DNA of 16,722 nucleotides, taken from contig CAXSGP010000101.1 of NCBI GenBank assembly GCA_964236955.1, positions 1-16,722 on the forward strand, in the 5' to 3' direction. Source of the DNA: an uncultured Oligoflexus sp. (GTDB lineage: Bacteria; Bdellovibrionota_B; Oligoflexia; Oligoflexales; Oligoflexaceae). The position numbers were made by a program, and so were the translations under genes. A model generated the notes under the pieces. It had not been told where the DNA came from and did not search any database. It was given only the letters and a program-made list of their open reading frames with translations. This document shows positions 1 to 7,167 of this stretch, in pieces. Within the stretch, counting starts at the first letter, position 1. Each line of letters begins with the position of its first letter.

Positions 1-1
1 C

Positions 2-520
2 CATTTTCTCGACCGGCCTGTTTCGGGAACCATTATTTTTGCTTTGAGCAGTAAGGCCGCAACGCGGCTCAATGAGCAGTTTCGCAAGAGAACCCTGAGC
101 AAACGCTATTTTGCAGTGGTTGAAGGCAGCCCCGAACCAAAGAGCGCTCAGCTCGAACACTATCTTGCCAAAGAAAAAAGCGATAACTTTGTCCGCATCG
201 TCGGCAAAGGGCATCCGGAAGGCAAGCTTTGCATTTTGCAGTATAAGGTCCTCGCCTCCCATCGAGGTCTTTCTTTTGTGGAAATCTTTCCCGAAACGGG
301 CCGGAGCCATCAAATTCGGGTGCAATTGGCCTCCCTGGGTACTCCCATCTTTGGCGATGTAAAGTACGGCTCGAGAAATCCATGGGAGGGCCGTATCGCC
401 CTTCATGCTGCAACTCTTGAAATTCAGCATCCCGTGAATAAAGAACGAATGAGTCTAAGGGCTCCTCTCGATCAGGCCTGGCGAGAGATGTGGGGAACTG
501 ATTTTCCAACCCAAGCTTAA
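2..520 (+). CDS. RluA-family RNA pseudouridine synthase, 5'-truncated by the window edge
   Basis: The frame is open from base 2: HFLDRPVSGTIIFA (motif II, normally HRLDxxxSG), KRYFAVVEG, ETGRSHQIRVQLASLGTPIFGDVKYG, LHAATLEIQHP. The track start at 44 (TTG) is internal. Confidence 0.93.
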   Translation, partial: HFLDRPVSGTIIFALSSKAATRLNEQFRKRTLSKRYFAVVEGSPEPKSAQLEHYLAKEKSDNFVRIVGKGHPEGKLCILQYKVLASHRGLSFVEIFPETGRSHQIRVQLASLGTPIFGDVKYGSRNPWEGRIALHAATLEIQHPVNKERMSLRAPLDQAWREMWGTDFPTQA

Positions 521-532
521 GGAATTAACGAG

Positions 533-889
533 ATGGACCGTGCCACCGATATAGAATCCTTGAGACAAGCCATACGCGAATTTTCCGGAGAGCGGGATTG
601 GGAACAGTTTCACTCGGCAAAAAACCTGGCGATTGCAGTCAGTGTCGAGGCTGCTGAACTCTTGGAAGTCTTTCAATGGTTGACAGCCGATCAGAGCGAT
701 CATCTCAGTGCGGAACATAGAGCCGAGGCTAAGGATGAGATCGGCGATGTCATGATTTGCCTGCTCAACCTATGCAATCGTCTTGCTATTGACCCGATAG
801 AGGCGACTTCTGAAAAGCTTGCCAAAGTGAAGTTGAAGTATCCTGTGGATAAAGCCAGAGGCCTTTCGCTCAAGTATTCCAAACTATAA
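533..889 (+). CDS. MazG-like nucleotide pyrophosphohydrolase (dCTPase/DCTPP1-like)
   Basis: ERDWEQFHSAKNLAIAVSVEAAELLEVFQW, DEIGDV and KYP motifs; AAGGA RBS upstream of the ATG. Confidence 0.92.
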   Translation: MDRATDIESLRQAIREFSGERDWEQFHSAKNLAIAVSVEAAELLEVFQWLTADQSDHLSAEHRAEAKDEIGDVMICLLNLCNRLAIDPIEATSEKLAKVKLKYPVDKARGLSLKYSKL

Positions 890-982
890 GACGCCCTCTG
901 CCCCTATTTCCAGAGTAGCGTTTGAGCGCTAAGGATGTTAATTTTGTAGTCTGGAATTACGACAGTCTTAGAAAGGTCTGTT

Positions 983-1306
983 ATGAATGTTTTTTCTGCC
1001 TGGATCGGGCCGGTTTGCCTATCTTTGAGTGCTGCGGCATTTGCCGACGAGGCCGCGCCCTCGGTCGCTGCGGAACCTACTCAAACACAGCCATCCGAGC
1101 GAGCGCCGGAACTCGCGGCTCCATTGGCAAAAGAGCAGCAGGAAAGTCTTGCCAAAGCACTGCTAAGCAAGGGTATCTGCAATGTGGCATTTTTTGGTGA
1201 AGAATTTTGTGCCCAGCAAAAGACTAAAACCTTCAAAGTTACCGATCAATTTGGCAATCAGGGCGTTGAACAAAATGTTAGCGCTGATGAGAATGCTAAT
1301 CCTTAA
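983..1306 (+). CDS. Small secreted hypothetical protein
   Basis: GAAAGG RBS; signal-peptide-like N-terminus ending AAFA|DE; Pro/Ala/Glu-rich linker; two Cys in the mature region. Confidence 0.6.
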   Translation: MNVFSAWIGPVCLSLSAAAFADEAAPSVAAEPTQTQPSERAPELAAPLAKEQQESLAKALLSKGICNVAFFGEEFCAQQKTKTFKVTDQFGNQGVEQNVSADENANP

Positions 1307-1310
1307 TTTT

Positions 1311-1736
1311 ATGAAGATCAGGGTAAAGCTGCCGGCTTCTTACCTTTTAAGACCGCTGCTGGCCGCTTCAGCCTTGATCTTCCATCCAACGCCCGAAGCC
1401 AAGGCGCAAAGCTCAATAACCTTCGGCAAAACAGACTGGACGCTGCAGGTTCTCGGAAAAGATGCGGTATTTCTCAAGGAACTTCGTCAAAACAGCTATA
1501 TACCCTGGTGTTTTGATTTTTTAAAAGGTCGCGGTATACTCAAGCAGATCAGTCTCAGTTTGCATTGGATCGACGATGCCCGCCCTCAATTGGCTTTGGC
1601 CAAGACAATGATCCAGCCCCTTAGGGAAGACCGGGACATCATCAGCTGCCTCGATGCCTCCCTAAAAGCATTTCCTCCCCGCCGCGAACTTATCGAAGAT
1701 CAACTTGAATTCAAGTTTATTCGAAATCGGCGTTGA
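1311..1736 (+). CDS. Hypothetical protein, probably secreted
   Basis: Start moved from 1182 to ATG 1311, 4 nt after the upstream stop. Basic n-region plus hydrophobic stretch and AKA|Q cleavage-like site. Converges on the mevalonate kinase stop. Confidence 0.55.
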   Translation: MKIRVKLPASYLLRPLLAASALIFHPTPEAKAQSSITFGKTDWTLQVLGKDAVFLKELRQNSYIPWCFDFLKGRGILKQISLSLHWIDDARPQLALAKTMIQPLREDRDIISCLDASLKAFPPRRELIEDQLEFKFIRNRR

Positions 1737-1738
1737 TC

Positions 1739-2725
1739 CTAAACCCTATCCCGGCAGCCGTCGTCGAGAGTGATGCGATAGATGCCATGGCCTTTAAACT
1801 GCTCTGCCATCGAAAAAAACTGTTCGTCCTTCCGCGCCGGATCGAGCAAAGCAATGATGACGCCGCCACCTCCCGCCCCAGTCGTCTTAGCAGCCAAAGC
1901 GCCAAGATCGAGCGCTCGCCCTATCATGTCGCGAAGATTCTCGGGAACAACGCCGGCTTCCCTAAGAAGAGCGCCTGACTCGTTCATGCCAAGGGCCAGG
2001 CTTTCAAAATCTCCCTTTTTAAGAGCCTCATGGGTCGCCAAAGAGATAGCATCAAATCGAGCGATACGGCGCTGACCTAATGGCCCGGTAAAATAGGGTT
2101 CGGCTATACGAATCATCGCCATCGTCGAGGCTCGGATGTTGCTGTCGATCAGAACAAAATCATAGCTCAGCTGGGCAGCGATCGGGATAATCTCAATCGG
2201 CCTGCCCTTCGCAAACAGTACAGCCTTTTCAAAGGCAACAACCGCAGTATCGAGGCCCGAAGGGTTCCCATGAAAGCTTTTTTCCAGCTCATTGGCAAGA
2301 TTGGCCAAATGAGTGGGGGATATCGCAATGTTCAGGGCCTCAGACAGGGCCCGCAATACAGCAACACACAGCGTCGCGGAAGACCCGAGACCGGCGCCTA
2401 TCGGCAGAGTCGAATGAGTTTCACCGTCGAGCGCGAACCGCTCAATGCCGAGAAGATCCATCGCTTTGAACACGACCGCCTGCAGGCGTGGCGAACCCTC
2501 GTGACCCGCCAGCTTAAGGTGAACTTCAGGGGCGTGACCAAAACGGACGGGCCGCTCTTTCATGTGAAAGCGAAAACGCATTTGATGCAAGGGAATCGCT
2601 ACGGCATGGGCACCATAGACAGCAGCATGCTCACCGACGATTATGGCCTTGCCACAGGCTGTCGTTTCTACCGAAGGCAAGGCAAAATCTGATGTTCGAG
2701 GACGCGGATATTGATTTTCGCTCAA
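1739..2725 (-). CDS. mvaK1: Mevalonate kinase (GHMP family)
   Basis: GKAIIVGEHAAVYG, LPIGAGLGSSA, HGNPSGLD, KTTGAGGGG. TTG start overlaps the mvaD TGA stop (TTGA). Confidence 0.92.
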   Translation of the reverse strand: MSENQYPRPRTSDFALPSVETTACGKAIIVGEHAAVYGAHAVAIPLHQMRFRFHMKERPVRFGHAPEVHLKLAGHEGSPRLQAVVFKAMDLLGIERFALDGETHSTLPIGAGLGSSATLCVAVLRALSEALNIAISPTHLANLANELEKSFHGNPSGLDTAVVAFEKAVLFAKGRPIEIIPIAAQLSYDFVLIDSNIRASTMAMIRIAEPYFTGPLGQRRIARFDAISLATHEALKKGDFESLALGMNESGALLREAGVVPENLRDMIGRALDLGALAAKTTGAGGGGVIIALLDPARKDEQFFSMAEQFKGHGIYRITLDDGCRDRV

Positions 2726-3735
2726 TTCAAACCTCGTTCAATCCAAGGCCCTTCGCCTACATTGTCGTGAAGCAGTGGAAGAGTCGGAAAAGTTTCTGCC
2801 AGCCAATGGACTAGTGCCGCCGAGCCTTCGTGGAGGATATGGATGTTCGGTCCGGCATCTATGGTAAAATAAGCTTGAAAACGGTCTTCCTGCCGAGCGC
2901 GACGAAAAGCCGCTATAAATTCCACCGACGCTTCCGTCAGATAATATTGGGGAGGAAGTGTCGTCATCATAACCGCATGCATTTCCAAAGCTTCGGTTTC
3001 AAGCAGAGGACCCAGCTCAGCTAAATTGCGTTCATCCAAAGCTTTGAGCATTGCCTTCATGCGCTCGGATGCACCTGCAATTCGCGGTCTAAAAAGTATG
3101 CTGCTCCACGCATCGCCATGGGCGGCGGTCGAGCTTTTGGACTTTTCGCTGTGAGAAAAAAGCACAATGGTGTCGTGCAGCTGCCAATGTTCTGCCGGAT
3201 AGAGGGCGAGGATTTTTTGCCTGTCGGCATGCGATCCGGCTTGCCATTGAACATAACCGCCAAAAAGCGATCGGCCGGCGCTCCCGGAACCCATGCGGGC
3301 AAGGTGAGCCAGGTGTTCACGCGAAAAACCCTTGGCTTCCAGATCGGTAATGCTGCCCGAATGAGTCCAGCAGGCTAAGGCCGCCAGGGTTAAAGCGGCC
3401 AGACCACTGGCGCTGCTGGCAATACCGGCGCCGGTGGGAAAGGAATTACTGCTTGAAACCGATAGTTTTTCTTGAAATCCATAGGTATCGGCGATGCGGT
3501 CGAGATGTTGATAGACCTTTCGAAAGCTCGTATGAGCGCGCTCGAGTACCTCACCCTGGAATTGAAAGATGTGATCGTCTGCCTCATGCATAAAAGCTGT
3601 GGTACGACTTGATAATTGATTGAGCGTCATCGACAAGGAATCATTTGCGGGCCACTGCAATAGCGCATCCTTTTTGCCCCAATACTTGAGGAAAGCAATA
3701 TTGCTGGGAGCGCTTACGCGGTATATTTCCATCAT
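2722..3735 (-). CDS. mvaD: Diphosphomevalonate decarboxylase
   Basis: APSNIAFLKYWGK, NSFPTGAGIASSASG, ARMGSGSAGRSLFGG, TIDAGPN. Start placed at ATG 3735, which overlaps the upstream TGA (TGATG), rather than 3801. Confidence 0.95.
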   Translation of the reverse strand: MMEIYRVSAPSNIAFLKYWGKKDALLQWPANDSLSMTLNQLSSRTTAFMHEADDHIFQFQGEVLERAHTSFRKVYQHLDRIADTYGFQEKLSVSSSNSFPTGAGIASSASGLAALTLAALACWTHSGSITDLEAKGFSREHLAHLARMGSGSAGRSLFGGYVQWQAGSHADRQKILALYPAEHWQLHDTIVLFSHSEKSKSSTAAHGDAWSSILFRPRIAGASERMKAMLKALDERNLAELGPLLETEALEMHAVMMTTLPPQYYLTEASVEFIAAFRRARQEDRFQAYFTIDAGPNIHILHEGSAALVHWLAETFPTLPLLHDNVGEGPWIERGLN

Positions 3736-4721
3736 CAGCGCTGGTCCTTCCAATGAATCTCGGTGCCTTGACTCGACCAGGGTCTGGATAAAGGTCTCCA
3801 TCCGTTGCCACGCAATTCAAGGTCAACGTGAGTCAGATGGTCTTTGCGGCCCAAAAGTAGAATCGCATCCTCTCCACCCGCACCTGTCGTTTTAAAGGTC
3901 CAAGATCGATCAAATCCCCTGATGGACGCAAGCTGTTTATAGAGGGCCTGCGGATAAAAGGGGGCCTTTTGCAAAAGGTCTCGATGCGCATGATTGGCCT
4001 GGACAAGGTCTCTCAGGTCCTCATTTAAAAATGCCTCGACCAAGGCCTCCGTGCGAAGCTGTAAATCCTGCCAGTATCGGTGCTCATCAAGCCATCGACA
4101 GACGCTGCCGCCGACTTTTAAGGTTGAGGCACCGGCTCCGCCGACATAAGGATGAACCCACTCTCTAAGCCAAGCGATATTGAGTGGCCGGATGCTTCCC
4201 GGCCAGCCTTCATAATCAGGCTGCCATTCAAGATAGCCACCGTGGACTTGAGTCACCAGATCATAGCCTGAGGCAAAGCCCTGCTGCTTACTTTGGAGCT
4301 GCCATTCATCACGAGCGGCATTCCAAAGGGATTGGGGCCCAAACTCGATGGCTTGCTTTGAATAGGCCAGCAGCCCAAGATGGGACGCTAAACGGACGGC
4401 GGAGGAACTACCGAGACCATAGGATACGTCAAGCTCCGAGCGGACCTCTACCAATGCAGATGGAACGTCATGGATCCTGGCATTGGCCTTGAGGCTGTCA
4501 AGCAAAGGTTCTGCCGAAAATCTCTCGTCGAGTATAATTTCTGCTGGCCAGAGGTTGGACCTTACGCGAAAAAGGTCGGATGGCGATACATCCAGGGTCA
4601 AACGCGCTCCGACTGTTGCAGAAAGGCAGCGACTGCCTTGCAGGACGGCGTATTCGCCTGCCAGCATGATTTTACCCGGCACGCTTACACGAACAGCCTG
4701 AGAATGAGTGCATTCCCTCAT
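3735..4721 (-). CDS. mvaK2: Phosphomevalonate kinase (GHMP family)
   Basis: VPGKIMLAGEYAVL, YGLGSSSA, ASGYD, KTTGAGGED. The AGEYAV and SGYD motifs are PMK-type. TAATG coupling to HMG-CoA reductase and operon context. Confidence 0.85.
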   Translation of the reverse strand: MRECTHSQAVRVSVPGKIMLAGEYAVLQGSRCLSATVGARLTLDVSPSDLFRVRSNLWPAEIILDERFSAEPLLDSLKANARIHDVPSALVEVRSELDVSYGLGSSSAVRLASHLGLLAYSKQAIEFGPQSLWNAARDEWQLQSKQQGFASGYDLVTQVHGGYLEWQPDYEGWPGSIRPLNIAWLREWVHPYVGGAGASTLKVGGSVCRWLDEHRYWQDLQLRTEALVEAFLNEDLRDLVQANHAHRDLLQKAPFYPQALYKQLASIRGFDRSWTFKTTGAGGEDAILLLGRKDHLTHVDLELRGNGWRPLSRPWSSQGTEIHWKDQR

Positions 4722-5953
4722 TAATGTTGTTCCCGTTGGGCGAGCTGAATATTGCCTTGATGAAGACTCATATGCCCGCGTTGAATTCCTTCCGAAGCCA
4801 AAGCGCGAAGAGCCGAAAGATTTTGCGCGAGTCCAACCGTGACGATGATTTCGGCGAGTTCTTGCGCATTCGGGCTGCCCAGCAATCGGATCGCGGCCTG
4901 TGCGGTTGGATGCAAAGTCGTCACGCCACCAACCGTACCGACCGCCATGGGAAGTTCAATCGACCCTTCCAAATCCCCTTCAGCGTTTTTCCTCCAGCGC
5001 GTCATGGGTTGATAGACTCCACTGCGACAGCAGTAGGCATGGGCACCGGCCTCAACCGCTCGCCAATCATTGCCGGTGGCGATGACAACGGGATCGATGC
5101 CGTTCATCACGCCCTTATTGTGAGTGGTGGCGCGATATACGTCATGAACGGCAAAAAGATAGGCCTTAACCATGCGGTCGACCACTTCCGGGCCGGAGAA
5201 TTCCTGGTTTTTTAATGCTTCTTTAGGAACTTTACAGTGCGCGCGTGCCATACGCCTGTCGCAAAGATTGCTTAGGATTCGCAAACCCATCTCACAGGGG
5301 ATGATTTCGGCGATGCGCTTGCTCAACTTCTCGCAGACCGTATTGATAAGGTTGGCGCCCATCGCATCACGCGTGTCGATGTCGACATAAATAACCAGGG
5401 ATTGGATGGGTTCGATATAACGCCAACGTATCTCACGAACCCCGCCGCCGCGGGCAAGGAGTCTTTGCTGGCCTTCATGGGCGTGATCAATAAGTTCTTC
5501 ATTGTAGTCGCCGAGAATACGCCCGAAATCGAGGTCTTCCTTAGGGTAGAGTTGGATTTGACCGGTGCCGACGGGGGCGGTGCTCGAGGTCTGAAATCCA
5601 CCACCAAGTCGCGCGAGTTTTGCGCCATGACTGGCTGCGGCCACAACACTGGTTTCTTCCACGGCCATAGGCACGAGAACGTCATGGCCGTTGATGTGAA
5701 AATTTGTGGCCACTCCTAATGGAAGCGCCATCGTACCAATGCCATTTTCTATAAAGACGTTGACTAAATCGGCATTCAAAGTTGAAAAGTCACCAAAAGC
5801 CTCATTTTGCTGCGAATCGATTTGAGCCATGTCTTGCATGATTTCGCGTCGCTGGCTAATGCCCAACTCATAGAATCCCGGTAGGCGCGAGCTGAAGCGA
5901 GTCGCCGTTGAATCTTTACGCTGCGGAAAGTGTAAATTCGTGTCGCCATTCAT
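4721..5953 (-). CDS. mvaA: Class II 3-hydroxy-3-methylglutaryl-CoA reductase
   Basis: ENGIG, PMAVEETSVVAAAS, RGGG, DAMGAN, RATTHNKGVMNGID, GNDWRAVEAGAH, GTVGG, GLAQN, GIQRGHMSLH. Confidence 0.96.
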   Translation of the reverse strand: MNGDTNLHFPQRKDSTATRFSSRLPGFYELGISQRREIMQDMAQIDSQQNEAFGDFSTLNADLVNVFIENGIGTMALPLGVATNFHINGHDVLVPMAVEETSVVAAASHGAKLARLGGGFQTSSTAPVGTGQIQLYPKEDLDFGRILGDYNEELIDHAHEGQQRLLARGGGVREIRWRYIEPIQSLVIYVDIDTRDAMGANLINTVCEKLSKRIAEIIPCEMGLRILSNLCDRRMARAHCKVPKEALKNQEFSGPEVVDRMVKAYLFAVHDVYRATTHNKGVMNGIDPVVIATGNDWRAVEAGAHAYCCRSGVYQPMTRWRKNAEGDLEGSIELPMAVGTVGGVTTLHPTAQAAIRLLGSPNAQELAEIIVTVGLAQNLSALRALASEGIQRGHMSLHQGNIQLAQREQH

Positions 5954-6023
5954 AACTTTTTTACTCGTGTTGGGCCCTTAACAGTCTTTACAGCGCTTTC
6001 AGAATGCCTGATTATGAATGCTA

Positions 6024-6041
6024 GTTCAAGCTTTCTTGAAC
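6024..6041. promoter_or_regulatory. Perfect palindrome GTTCAAG-N4-CTTGAAC about 70 bp upstream of mvaA; candidate operator
   Basis: 7-bp perfect inverted repeat. It overlaps a possible minus-strand TTCAAG-N18-CATAAT promoter. Confidence 0.4.
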
Positions 6042-6319
6042 AAACCCCAGGTCTAAGCCACCAAGCGCCTTAGCTGGCTATATTTGCAGCTAATTTGTTC
6101 TGATAAAGCTGCGGTGAACCATGTTGAAAGGGCTGAGGTGTACGCTGGTTAAGATCAGCTATGATCAAGTCAATTAAAGGCTAAACTTTCAAGGCCTAAC
6201 GCTTTTTTAAAGGGCCGATGCAGGGACCCGCCGGGCTGGTGCCGATGATGTTTTCGAGGCTTCGATACAGGAACGGCGTTCCAATGCGTTTTCTCATCAG
6301 AAGGCTCTGGGCCATGTGC

Positions 6320-6337
6320 CTGTCACGGCTGTGACAG
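6320..6337. promoter_or_regulatory. Perfect palindrome CTGTCAC-N4-GTGACAG; candidate enhancer-binding-protein site
   Basis: 7-bp perfect inverted repeat about 70 bp upstream of a -24/-12 element. Confidence 0.45.
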
Positions 6338-6377
6338 TGTCTGAATACTAGACTTAAGCCAGGTGTGTAATAAATTG

Positions 6378-6390
6378 TAATTATTTGATA
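6378..6390 (-). promoter_or_regulatory. IHF-like site
   Basis: Minus strand TATCAAATAATTA matches WATCAANNNNTTR exactly and lies in an AT-rich tract. Confidence 0.45.
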
Positions 6391-6406
6391 AAATATCTTA
6401 AATCGA

Positions 6407-6423
6407 CTGGCTTGGATCATGCA
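6407..6423 (+). promoter_or_regulatory. Putative sigma54 (-24/-12) promoter
   Basis: CTGGCTTGGATCATGCA has GG-N10-GC spacing with TGGC and TGCA flanks, 42 nt before ATG 6466. Confidence 0.5.
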
Positions 6424-6465
6424 AAACGATCAGAGTGCCAAGGCCAGTGCATATTGCGAGGTTCT

Positions 6466-7167
6466 ATGAAGCCGCTAGTATCGGGTCTGCTGCTTTTCCT
6501 CTGCAGCTGTAAGCAATATGTTCCGAAGGAAACCGTGTATTCAACGGTTGGTAGTGTTGCGACCCTGGCTAGTAGTCAGTGTAAAAATAAGAATCTTATT
6601 TATGTTACGCAGGATCCATCCTCGATAAGCTGGAGCGTCGGTGAATTTAAAGGCACTCCAAGCATTCAGGCACCGATCGCTTCGATAAATCCAGCCTCGG
6701 GCCAGATTGAACTGAGCAAGGGTCTGCTTAACCAAGTATCCGGAATTATTAATTTTAATGTGCTGGCAACGGCGACGGGAGATCCGATCCGCGATCGTCT
6801 GTTTCAAGAGATCCTATTCGGTTCAAGCACGTCCTCGCCCTTTCGTTTTGCGATTAAAAGGCTGAACGGAACGGCAACCGCAGTTGCTAACGGCGGATCA
6901 ATCGATATGAAGGCAGAAGGTAACCTGGAGATTGGCGGGCGGCGCTCGCCAGTGACCATGCCTGTGAAAATATCAGAAAAAGACGGTGTCTATGAATTCG
7001 ACGGCTCGGTCACGATCGATGCCCGGCAGTCGAGACCGGCTGTTAATGCCATCGACCTTGATGATAAGTTTAAGCTTATGGAAAGTGCGATGGGAACGAG
7101 TATGGGCAAAACAATTGATCTCAAATTAAATCTGAAATTCAAAAATAATTGCCTGCCAAAATCCTAA
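6466..7167 (+). CDS. YceI-like (polyisoprenoid-binding fold) lipoprotein
   Basis: Start reassigned to ATG 6466 (GAGG RBS; MKPLVSGLLLFLCS|C lipobox-like). YceI hallmarks: SSISW, TGDPIRD...LF, EGNLEIGG...PV, FDGSVTID, and a final alternating beta strand. Confidence 0.7.
   Translation: MKPLVSGLLLFLCSCKQYVPKETVYSTVGSVATLASSQCKNKNLIYVTQDPSSISWSVGEFKGTPSIQAPIASINPASGQIELSKGLLNQVSGIINFNVLATATGDPIRDRLFQEILFGSSTSSPFRFAIKRLNGTATAVANGGSIDMKAEGNLEIGGRRSPVTMPVKISEKDGVYEFDGSVTIDARQSRPAVNAIDLDDKFKLMESAMGTSMGKTIDLKLNLKFKNNCLPKS

Noticed and set aside
533..889. MazG-like gene as an anti-phage or toxin-antitoxin component
   Set aside because: Typical housekeeping dCTPase-like sequence with no defence genes nearby.
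3736..3801. Extended mvaD start overlapping the phosphomevalonate kinase gene
   Set aside because: TGATG coupling at 3735 places the conserved APSNIA motif at its normal position.
1733..5719. Many plus-strand and alternate-frame ORFs over the mva operon
   Set aside because: Antisense or out-of-frame shadows of well-supported genes, with no motifs.
6196..6420. 74-aa minus-strand ORF upstream of mvaA
   Set aside because: No recognisable motifs or good RBS, and it overlaps the putative sigma54/IHF regulatory region; probably spurious.
6385..6465. N-terminal extension of the YceI-like ORF in the track
   Set aside because: TTG start without RBS that overlaps the predicted promoter; ATG 6466 gives an RBS and a lipoprotein signal.
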